A DNA stretch of 18,345 nt from Candidatus Aenigmatarchaeota archaeon (GTDB lineage: Archaea; Aenigmatarchaeota; Aenigmatarchaeia; QMZP01; QMZT01), in assembly GCA_043808015.1 (NCBI GenBank), contig JAZDFI010000019.1:1-18345 (forward strand), given 5' to 3'. The translations under genes were made by a program, and so were the position numbers. Below, in pieces: positions 8,180 to 15,904 of this stretch (positions are counted from its first letter, which is position 1; every line of letters begins with the position of its first letter). The notes under the pieces are model-generated. The model was not told where the DNA came from. It saw only the letters and a list, made by a program, of their open reading frames with translations, and ran no database searches.

Positions 8180-9028
8180 ATGAAGTTCGACCACAAGATG
8201 CTTCTCGTAATACCGGTGGCAGTTTTTTTGATATCTGCAGCCATATTTGTCAGCCAGTATGCCCAGACAGGCGAACTGCTTAAACGCTCGATAGACATGA
8301 AAGGCGGCCTTGTGATAACGATAAACACTGAAGAAAGGCTGGACACGGCCGCGATAGAGCTGGGACTCAAGCAGAATTTCAGCCCGGTCAATGTCAGGGA
8401 AGTGCGCAGCTTCCGCGGCTACGGAACCGTGATAGAAACGTCCGCGGACATGAAATCTGATGACATAATTGCCGCGGTGAAAGCGATGGGATTCGACGCA
8501 TCCAACACGGACGTCGAGTCGATAGGCCCGTCGCTTGGCGCGTCTTTCTGGAACCAGGCGCAGATAGCGATTCTGGGTGCGTTCATCCTCATGAGCATCG
8601 TGGTTTTCATAATATTCAGGTCCGTCGTCCCTTCGGCGGCTGTCATACTTTCGGCTTTCTGTGACATTTTCATGACGCTGGCTTTCATGCAGCTTTTCGG
8701 AATAGAGCTCTCGCTAGCGGGACTAGCCGCGATACTGATGCTGATAGGTTACTCCGTCGATACGGACATAATGCTCACATCACGCCTGCTCAAAGAATCC
8801 GACGATAAAACACTTAACGACAAGCTCAGGCATGCGCTAAAGACTGGCCTTACCATGACGCTCACGTCGATAGGAGCGCTCATGCCGCTTCTGGTGCTTG
8901 GCATTTCGCCTGTAATAACGCAGATAGCGACAGTCCTGATGATAGGCCTGGCTTTCGACATCATGAACACGTGGCTGACGAACTACGCGATACTGAAGTG
9001 GTATTGCGAAAAGAAAGGAATGGTATAA
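8180..9028 (+). CDS. secF: Protein translocase subunit SecF
   Basis: N-terminal TM, SIDMKGG, IGPSLG, five further TMs and IGYSVDTDI (conserved Asp). Confidence 0.95.
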   Translation: MKFDHKMLLVIPVAVFLISAAIFVSQYAQTGELLKRSIDMKGGLVITINTEERLDTAAIELGLKQNFSPVNVREVRSFRGYGTVIETSADMKSDDIIAAVKAMGFDASNTDVESIGPSLGASFWNQAQIAILGAFILMSIVVFIIFRSVVPSAAVILSAFCDIFMTLAFMQLFGIELSLAGLAAILMLIGYSVDTDIMLTSRLLKESDDKTLNDKLRHALKTGLTMTLTSIGALMPLLVLGISPVITQIATVLMIGLAFDIMNTWLTNYAILKWYCEKKGMV

Positions 9029-10860
9029 TGTTGAAATATTGGAGAATCCTGCTGCTGGTGATAATGGTTTCGGCGAGCCTTCTCGCCATATTCCTGAAAC
9101 CCCAGTATATGGGCGTCCAGGTGGCTTATGTTTATTCGGATTCGCCTGCCAAAGGCATCATACAAAACGGCATGATAATAACGGACGTCAACGGCAAGCC
9201 TGTGCAAAACTCGCAGGACTGGGATGCCGTCGTCAAAGGGTACGCGGGCCAGATTAAGATAAAGGCAAACAAGCTGGAATACAAGTTCAACGTCAGCCAG
9301 AACGCGACCGGCATCGGCATAGAGGTCACTGATATTGAAAGGACGAACCTCGATTTCGGCCTGGACATCAAAGGCGGCACCAGAATACTTCTCAGGCCTA
9401 AAGAAAACGCCTCGGCCCAGATGCTCGAGCAGATAATAGGCACGCTCCAGACAAGGGCGAACATATACGGCCTCAAGGAAATACGCTTCATCCCGGTCTC
9501 CGGCATCGGCGGCGAATATTACGTGCAGATAGAGACGACCGGCGTAGGCAACGAGATAGTCGACACTCTTCTTTCGAAACAGGGAAGCTTCGAGGCAAAG
9601 ATATCCAAACCGGTCGCCATAAGCGACGGCAAGGGAGTTCTTGAGCTCGGCCAGAACAAGTACGACGTCGAATATGCCGGCGGCGATGCGGTAAAAATAT
9701 CCAACCTGACAGTATCGCTTAATGACACTTTCACTCTCGATGACGTGGATTTTGAGCTGGTCAACATAACCAGCACAGGTGACATAATACTGCTCGGTTC
9801 GGCCTACAAAGGCGATGACATAGAGCTCGTATACAGCGATGCGCAGCATTCGGGCATAATGCCCGGCAACAATTATTTTGAGTTTTACTTCGGCATTCTG
9901 GTATCGGAAAAGGGTGCGAACCGCTTCGCGAAAATAACATCCGGCATACCTTCACAACTCGACCTAAACTCGGGCGAATATTACCTGAAGGACTGCCGCA
10001 TATTCCTGTTCCTTGACAACCAGCTGGTTTCCGACCTTAGAATATCATCCAACCTTGGCGGCAAGGCATACACGACGCCGCAAATAACTGGTTCGCGCGA
10101 AACTAAGGAAACCGCCCTCGAAGAGAAACTCAAGCTTCAGACCATCCTGAGATCCGGCGCGCTTCCGGCGAGTCTGGAAACAGTCTCTGTAGGCGTGATT
10201 TCACCGACCCTCGGCAGCAATTTCATGCCGTCGATAGCGTTTGCCATGGCGCTGGCCGCGGTGATGGTAATGGCAGTGATTTTCATAAGATACAGGAAAC
10301 TGAGCGTTTCATTACCAATCGCGGCGATAGGCTTTTCCGAAGTAATCATAATCTTAGGCATAGCCTCGAACAACGACATGGTGATATGGGGACCCGTTAT
10401 CATATTGAACATCACGCTCATCGCGCTGGCATGGTGGAAGAAATACGAAGTCGACCCGACCGCGTGGATCGGAGCCGTTCTCATTCCAATGCTCGGCCTG
10501 TTCATGTCGTGGACCATAGATTTGCCGGTCATAAGCGGCATAATAGCGACGCTGGGCATAGGCGTCGACAGCATGATAGTCATAGCCGACGAAACGCTTT
10601 CCAAGAAGACGGAAGAAAAGAAAATAATGTATACAATGCGCGACAAGATAAAGCGCGCCCTCTTCATAATTTTCGGTTCCGCTTCGACGATAATAGCCGC
10701 TATGGTGCCCATCGGCTTCATCGGCATAGGCTTCGTCCGCGGCTTCGCCATAACCACAGTCATAGGCGTTCTTGTCGGCATTCTAGTGACAAGACCCGCT
10801 TACGCCGAGGTCGTGGAGATGGCGGCTGAAAGGGCTAAGCATAAAGAACACAAAAAATAG
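9028..10860 (+). CDS. secD: Protein translocase subunit SecD with an N-terminal PDZ-like domain
   Basis: MLKYWRILLL TM, GLDIKGG, LRSGALP, ISPTLG, GIGVDS (conserved Asp) and VRGFA...TRPAY. The TAATG overlap with the secF stop gives start 9028 rather than 8971. Confidence 0.93.
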   Translation: MLKYWRILLLVIMVSASLLAIFLKPQYMGVQVAYVYSDSPAKGIIQNGMIITDVNGKPVQNSQDWDAVVKGYAGQIKIKANKLEYKFNVSQNATGIGIEVTDIERTNLDFGLDIKGGTRILLRPKENASAQMLEQIIGTLQTRANIYGLKEIRFIPVSGIGGEYYVQIETTGVGNEIVDTLLSKQGSFEAKISKPVAISDGKGVLELGQNKYDVEYAGGDAVKISNLTVSLNDTFTLDDVDFELVNITSTGDIILLGSAYKGDDIELVYSDAQHSGIMPGNNYFEFYFGILVSEKGANRFAKITSGIPSQLDLNSGEYYLKDCRIFLFLDNQLVSDLRISSNLGGKAYTTPQITGSRETKETALEEKLKLQTILRSGALPASLETVSVGVISPTLGSNFMPSIAFAMALAAVMVMAVIFIRYRKLSVSLPIAAIGFSEVIIILGIASNNDMVIWGPVIILNITLIALAWWKKYEVDPTAWIGAVLIPMLGLFMSWTIDLPVISGIIATLGIGVDSMIVIADETLSKKTEEKKIMYTMRDKIKRALFIIFGSASTIIAAMVPIGFIGIGFVRGFAITTVIGVLVGILVTRPAYAEVVEMAAERAKHKEHKK

Positions 10861-10867
10861 CGCTGGT

Positions 10868-11416
10868 TTATCCCTTGACGACCCTGGAAACATTACCTTC
10901 CAATTCTACGTAATTATCCTTTATAGTTGCCTTTCCCAGGAAGTCGTTTATCGATACCGTTCCGCTTTCAGTCGCTTCATTCCAGTTGCCTGATGTCAGA
11001 ATCATCTTCATGCCCTTAAGTTCGAGAGAGCTTATTTTCAGCTCGCTTATGCCCAGGGTTCCAATGTTTTCCTTTATGGTCAGGCTGCTGCCGGTCTCCC
11101 TGAAATACGAAACCTTGTTTTTCATGTCAATCGATGCAGTTCCTTTGAAGTTGCCGATTTCGCCCGTAGCTGTGGTTATGTTTATCGGGTCGGCGGAGTT
11201 GAGCTCGAACGTCTCCGGGTAGAATGTCAGTTTTATGGTCTCGCTTCTTTTAACGGGGGTGGTGAAAAGGTTGCCTATCGGCGACGAATCGAACCAATTC
11301 TTTATCATGCCGAAAAAATCGGAAAGCAGACCCTCCGCCTTGGCCGATTGCACGGTAGCGGCGAGCGTTATAGACATCACCAGAAACACAAAAGCTATTG
11401 CCAATATCTTTGTCAT
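10868..11416 (-). CDS. Hypothetical secreted protein
   Basis: 182-aa ORF filling the gap, with signal peptide MTKILAIAFVFLVMSITLAATVQSAKA (AxA site). TTTAAATA lies upstream on the minus strand at 11453-11446. Confidence 0.8.
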   Translation of the reverse strand: MTKILAIAFVFLVMSITLAATVQSAKAEGLLSDFFGMIKNWFDSSPIGNLFTTPVKRSETIKLTFYPETFELNSADPINITTATGEIGNFKGTASIDMKNKVSYFRETGSSLTIKENIGTLGISELKISSLELKGMKMILTSGNWNEATESGTVSINDFLGKATIKDNYVELEGNVSRVVKG

Positions 11417-11513
11417 ATTTTCACTTATTAACTATTCGGGAAGAATATTTAAATTGTAAGCAGCCCGGGCATTTTCATTAAAATATAAAAACCTATAAAT
11501 ATTCGGTCGGCAT

Positions 11514-12701
11514 ATGATAGGTATGGATATTCTCTCACCACTTCTGGGCACAGGCGATAACTGGATATCGCTACTTGTATCTTTCGCGATGTTCGGAGTG
11601 CTGTTTTTCTTTTACCCGAGGATAATGCTGTCGCAGATAATGTGGAAGCTGGAGAGGACAGCGGAAGAGCTCGAGGTGATGGCCGAAGAGTCGAAACAAT
11701 TCATGGCCGAGCAGATATCTAAAAACCCGGACAAGAAGCTCAGGGACTCGGTCAACAACTTTTTCGAGTTCTTCGTCATATCGCCGGTAGCGCTCGACCC
11801 GTATGGAGTGGTAAAGAAATTGGACCTTGTTATACAGAATGAGAAGACGCGCTTCACTTACTTTGTCAACCAGGTGGCGCCTCACATGAACGCGGAACAG
11901 AAGGCAAACACGGAGATGGGCCTTGCCGGCGGCATTGAGATGCACACCATAGCGAAAATAATCAGGCATTACGTCGAACTCATACGCCAGACGAAATCAT
12001 ACCAGATAGCGCTCATCATCCAGATGCAGCTGCCGCTTATCGAAAAAATAGCGAAGTCCATTTACGATGGCACCAGGGCTCTGGCCAGGGGCGAGCCAGT
12101 AGGCGATGGCCTCGGCCCGCTCGTCGCGGCGGAACTTATGGAGCCGAAAGCGAAAGAAATCGAAGAAGACATAGTGATGTCCGAAATCACGATAGATGGC
12201 AGGAAGTGCTTTGTAATGAAAGCCAAAGGCCCCGGCGGACGCCTTGGAAGACCCGGCAAAGCCGTGGAAAAAATAGTAGCCAAGAACAAAATAGCCATGA
12301 TAATAACGATAGACGCGGCCGCAAAGCTCGAGGGAGAAAAGACAGGCGCTATAGCGGAGGGAGTCGGAGTCGCGATGGGCGGCCCGGGCGTCGAGCGCAC
12401 ATACATAGAAGACGTCGCCGTTAAGCACAACATACCCATCGATTCCGTAATAGTCAAGATGAAATCAGAGGAAGCCATAATTCCCATGAAAAAGGAGATA
12501 AAGGACGCAGTTCCCGCAGCGATAGAAAGGATCAGGGAATCGTTAAAACGAACGCGAAAAGGCGACAAAATAATAATCGTCGGCGTAGGCAACACTTCCG
12601 GCGTCGGCAACGATAAAAAAGCGGCAGCCGAAACGAAGAAGTGGGTAGACGACTACGACAAAAAAACCAAGAAAGAAAAGAAACGCAAAAAGTTTTTCTG
12701 A
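11514..12701 (+). CDS. DUF1512 family membrane-anchored protein
   Basis: N-terminal TM, FVISPVALDPYGVVKKL, AKIIRHY, PVGDGLGPLVA, AKGPGGRLGRPG, IDAAAKLEGEKTG.IAEGVGVAMGGPGVER and GVGNT. TATAAAAA lies about 23 nt upstream. Confidence 0.85.
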   Translation: MIGMDILSPLLGTGDNWISLLVSFAMFGVLFFFYPRIMLSQIMWKLERTAEELEVMAEESKQFMAEQISKNPDKKLRDSVNNFFEFFVISPVALDPYGVVKKLDLVIQNEKTRFTYFVNQVAPHMNAEQKANTEMGLAGGIEMHTIAKIIRHYVELIRQTKSYQIALIIQMQLPLIEKIAKSIYDGTRALARGEPVGDGLGPLVAAELMEPKAKEIEEDIVMSEITIDGRKCFVMKAKGPGGRLGRPGKAVEKIVAKNKIAMIITIDAAAKLEGEKTGAIAEGVGVAMGGPGVERTYIEDVAVKHNIPIDSVIVKMKSEEAIIPMKKEIKDAVPAAIERIRESLKRTRKGDKIIIVGVGNTSGVGNDKKAAAETKKWVDDYDKKTKKEKKRKKFF

Positions 12702-12703
12702 TT

Positions 12704-13630
12704 TTATTCATCTTTTAGCAACAGCTCAACGTCTTCCGGATTGAGTATCACTTTGTTGAATTGTTCAAAATCGTCGCGTATTCTGGGGCATGACGTATTG
12801 ACGAGAACGTCGATTTTCATGCCAAGCAGCTTTTCCGCGGTGAAATAGTCGCCCACGAGCACGTAGGCATTTTTGCCGGCGGCCTTGAGGTCGCGCCTGA
12901 TTTTCAGCGCTAGTTTTATTTTGCTTTGTCCGGGTTTTGTGGATACCAGTATGCCGAAATTTTTCATGACCCTCGCCTTCTCGATTCTCAGCCGGCGCTT
13001 TATTTCAGACTTGTTCTTTTCACCCATCAGGTTTTCCAGCCTGCGGTTTTCAATGTCGAGGAATAGCACGGGCTTCCCAACCCTTTCCTGCAGGCCGAGC
13101 GGATGAAACCTGCCCGACCCTATAAACAAATAACAATCAACCATTTTTTCGTATTTTTTGGCTTGCAAAGCGTCGCAGCCCATTATCTTGCCGCCGTCGC
13201 GGACGCTGAAGCCGCGACCCTCCATGTATTTTTTCGCGGCTTTCAGCGCGCCCAAAAATTGCACAGTCGTCACGAGACAGATATTTTTATATTTTATTTG
13301 GTTTTCAAAATCGCGCAATAGCGGCACGAAATCATAATCCATGAAATAATCGTAGTAAATCACAGGCACCGCGCTAGCGATACCCATGTCCGCATGGCCT
13401 ATGTGCAAAAGCGCGTCGCAGTCCAGCGATTTCGCCTCCCTGTCGCGCAGGTCGCACGCGCCAAAGCACGGCTCTATCGATACCAGCACATCGAAGCCGT
13501 TTTTTTCAAGCGCGTCGGACAATACCTGCACACCCGTCTTGAGACCCTCAGGCACCTGCACCAGAACTCTTTTCGCCCGTTTCCCTTTAAGCAGGCCCGT
13601 TATTTCGGATACCCTCTTTTCATCAAACAT
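12704..13630 (-). CDS. dph2: Diphthamide biosynthesis enzyme Dph2 (2-(3-amino-3-carboxypropyl)histidine synthase)
   Basis: QVPEGLK, PCFGACD, HIGH, TTVQF, MGCD, GSGRFH, STKPGQ and NTSCPR, which include the three Fe-S cysteines. Confidence 0.95.
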   Translation of the reverse strand: MFDEKRVSEITGLLKGKRAKRVLVQVPEGLKTGVQVLSDALEKNGFDVLVSIEPCFGACDLRDREAKSLDCDALLHIGHADMGIASAVPVIYYDYFMDYDFVPLLRDFENQIKYKNICLVTTVQFLGALKAAKKYMEGRGFSVRDGGKIMGCDALQAKKYEKMVDCYLFIGSGRFHPLGLQERVGKPVLFLDIENRRLENLMGEKNKSEIKRRLRIEKARVMKNFGILVSTKPGQSKIKLALKIRRDLKAAGKNAYVLVGDYFTAEKLLGMKIDVLVNTSCPRIRDDFEQFNKVILNPEDVELLLKDE

Positions 13631-13649
13631 GATGTTAATTTCAGCGAAG

Positions 13650-13698
13650 TATTTAAAACATTAAGCAATCGACGTAAGTCGTGCGGAACGTTTAAAAG
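13650..13698. promoter_or_regulatory. Divergent TATA boxes for dph2 (minus) and HMG-CoA reductase (plus)
   Basis: TTTAAATA on the minus strand ending near 13650, about 20 nt before the dph2 ATG. TTTAAAAG on the plus strand at 13691-13698. Confidence 0.5.
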
Positions 13699-13731
13699 CA
13701 GATTGATTTAAGTTAGAATATGGTGATTTCA

Positions 13732-15012
13732 ATGGCAGAAGAATTCCATGAATTTTACAAGAAGTCCGTCGAAGAGCGACTCAATATACTCAAGCATGCA
13801 GCCAGCCTCACTGATGATGAAATCAAGGTTCTACGGGGAAGCGCGATAGGCATGGGTATCGCCGATCGCATGATAGAAAACGTCGTGGGAACGTGCGAAC
13901 TGCCAATCGGCCTCGGCCTCAATTTTCTCGTCAACGGAAAAGAATACATAGTCCCTATGTGCATCGAAGAGCCGTCTGTTGTGGCGGCGGCATCGTATGC
14001 CGCCAAACTCGCCAGGCCAGGAGGCGGCTTTAAAACATCCAGCGACGACCCCATAATGATAGGGCAGATACAGATCCTGGGGTTCAAAAACATAAAAGAT
14101 GCGAAGGCTTCGATACTCAGAAAAAAGGCGCAGATAATATCCAAGGCCAACGAGAGGGACTCGGTCCTCGTCAGCTTCGGCGGCGGGGCGAAGGATATGG
14201 AAGTCAGGGAAATCAAGTCCGAAATAGGCACCATGATAGTGGTTCATCTTCTTGTTGATGTGCGCGATGCGATGGGCGCGAACGCCGTCAATACAATGTG
14301 CGAGGCGGTTTCACCGTTCCTGGAAGAGCTTACGGGCGGGCACGTGCGACTCAAAATAATATCCAACCTCGCGGACAGGCGGCTTGCGAGAGCGAAAGCC
14401 GTGTGGAAGAAGGACGAGCTCGAAAAATCGACAAAAGGCCTCATGAAAGGAAGCGACGTCATCGACGCGATAATAGAAGCATACCAGTTCGCAGCGAACG
14501 ATCCTTACAGATGCTCTACGCACAACAAAGGCATAATGAACGGCATTGATGCGGTCGTAATAGCGACTGGCAATGACTTTAGAGCGGTGGAAGCAGGCGC
14601 GCATTCTTACGCATGCGTCTCGGGTACATACAAGCCGCTCACAAAATATTACAAGGACAAAAACGGCGACCTTGTCGGCGAAATAGAATTGCCGATCGCC
14701 GTCGGCACGGTCGGCGGCGCGACCCGCACCAAGCCGGAAGCAAAAATTGCGCTGAAAATTCTGGGAGTCAAAACATCAAAGGAGCTTGCCGAAGTCATCG
14801 CATCAGTCGGGCTCGCCCAGAACTTCGCGGCGTTACGAGCGCTCTCGACGGAAGGGATTCAGCGCGGTCACATGCGCCTGCACGCAAAGAACATCGCAGT
14901 CACTGCAGGCGCGAAAGGCGAAGCCATCGAAAAAGTCGCGGCTGATATGGTAGCAGAAAAAAACATCAGCGTCTCCAGGGCGAAGGAAATGCTGGAAAAT
15001 ATGAAGAAATAG
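13732..15012 (+). CDS. mvaA: HMG-CoA reductase, class II (MvaA type)
   Basis: MIENVVG, EEPSVVAA, DAMGAN, THNKGIMNG, GNDFRAVEA and EGIQRGHMRLH. GGTGA at 13722-13726 favours ATG 13732; ATG 13720 is an alternative. Confidence 0.95.
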   Translation: MAEEFHEFYKKSVEERLNILKHAASLTDDEIKVLRGSAIGMGIADRMIENVVGTCELPIGLGLNFLVNGKEYIVPMCIEEPSVVAAASYAAKLARPGGGFKTSSDDPIMIGQIQILGFKNIKDAKASILRKKAQIISKANERDSVLVSFGGGAKDMEVREIKSEIGTMIVVHLLVDVRDAMGANAVNTMCEAVSPFLEELTGGHVRLKIISNLADRRLARAKAVWKKDELEKSTKGLMKGSDVIDAIIEAYQFAANDPYRCSTHNKGIMNGIDAVVIATGNDFRAVEAGAHSYACVSGTYKPLTKYYKDKNGDLVGEIELPIAVGTVGGATRTKPEAKIALKILGVKTSKELAEVIASVGLAQNFAALRALSTEGIQRGHMRLHAKNIAVTAGAKGEAIEKVAADMVAEKNISVSRAKEMLENMKK

Positions 15013-15017
15013 ACCGT

Positions 15018-15173
15018 TCAATCCCAATTTTCATTCATCGGGTCAGGAAAATCAGAAGAGTAAAGGTCGATTCTGCCCGGGTTATCTTTCATCGTGTAAA
15101 CTTTGAAAGCGCCGTTTTTGTATTCCACCTGAATTGTTAAGCCGTTTTTTTTAATTTCGTCCATCAAATTCAT
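15018..15173 (-). CDS. Small hypothetical protein, 51 aa
   Basis: Not in the ORF track. My translation is MNLMDEIKKNGLTIQVEYKNGAFKVYTMKDNPGRIDLYSSDFPDPMNENWD*. It fills the gap and ends 5 nt from the mvaA stop. Confidence 0.5.
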   Translation of the reverse strand: MNLMDEIKKNGLTIQVEYKNGAFKVYTMKDNPGRIDLYSSDFPDPMNENWD

Positions 15174-15205
15174 CTCGAATTAAACTAACGCTTAAATGCA
15201 ATAAG

Positions 15206-15228
15206 AACATAATGTTATTATTATAACA
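15206..15228. promoter_or_regulatory. Overlapping inverted repeats, candidate operator
   Basis: AACAT-A-ATGTT (15206-15216) overlaps TGTTAT-TATT-ATAACA (15213-15228) in the divergent intergenic region. Confidence 0.35.
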
Positions 15229-15247
15229 AAAGCTGAAGGAGAATGTT

Positions 15248-15904
15248 ATGGTTACCGTAAGCCACATCGCGCAGAAAATCGTTAACGAGCGGCCATTCCT
15301 ACAGGAAGCGCTTTCTAAGGGTATAGTGTCTTATGCGGCGCTGGCGAATCAGCTTCACACGGAAATCGAACTTGAGATGGGAAAGAAAATAAAGCCCTTC
15401 ACCATAATCATGGCACTCAGGAGATATGCCGAAAAAATACGCGTCGTGAATGAAAAAATAAAATTCGACTTTCACAGCGAAGTCACTATGAAGACGAACC
15501 TTTGCGACATCTGCATCGTAAAATCGCCGAAACTGATGTCGGAATTGAAAAACCTTTATGGCATGGTTGACTTTTCACGAGGCGATACTTTCAACGTGAG
15601 CCAGGGTAATTATGAAATATCGATAGTGACCAACGAAAAACACAGAAAAAAGCTTCTCTGCCGTCTCAGCAACGAAAAAATAATAGATGTCAAGGAAAAT
15701 CTAGTCTCGCTTTCGCTGCGTTTTCCAGAGGAGTTTTTCGATACACCCGGTGTCATTTTTCAGATAATAAGAAACCTTGCCTGGGAAAAAATCAACATAT
15801 ACGAAGCGATATCGACTCACACGGAGTTCACGCTGGTAATCAGCAATAAGGATTCCGTCAGGGCGTACAGAATGCTGCAGAGCATGACCGAATCAGGCAA
15901 GTGA
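15248..15904 (+). CDS. ACT-domain protein with an N-terminal helical (HTH-like) region; putative amino-acid-responsive regulator
   Basis: N-terminus PFLQEALSKGIVSYAALA...IIMALRRY. C-terminal aspartokinase-like ACT segment TPGVIFQIIRNLAWEKINIYEAISTHTEFTLVI. No kinase domain. Confidence 0.75.
   Translation: MVTVSHIAQKIVNERPFLQEALSKGIVSYAALANQLHTEIELEMGKKIKPFTIIMALRRYAEKIRVVNEKIKFDFHSEVTMKTNLCDICIVKSPKLMSELKNLYGMVDFSRGDTFNVSQGNYEISIVTNEKHRKKLLCRLSNEKIIDVKENLVSLSLRFPEEFFDTPGVIFQIIRNLAWEKINIYEAISTHTEFTLVISNKDSVRAYRMLQSMTESGK

Noticed and set aside
8971-9027. N-terminal extension of SecD overlapping secF
   Set aside because: The TAATG stop/start coupling at 9026-9030 and the TM1 position favour 9028.
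8983-9849. 288-aa antisense ORF within secD, and other antisense ORFs such as 10137-10781, 12062-12610 and 17465-18064
   Set aside because: They lie opposite conserved genes and have shadow-ORF composition.
15248-15904. Aspartate kinase
   Set aside because: Only ACT-like sequence is present, with no amino-acid kinase domain.
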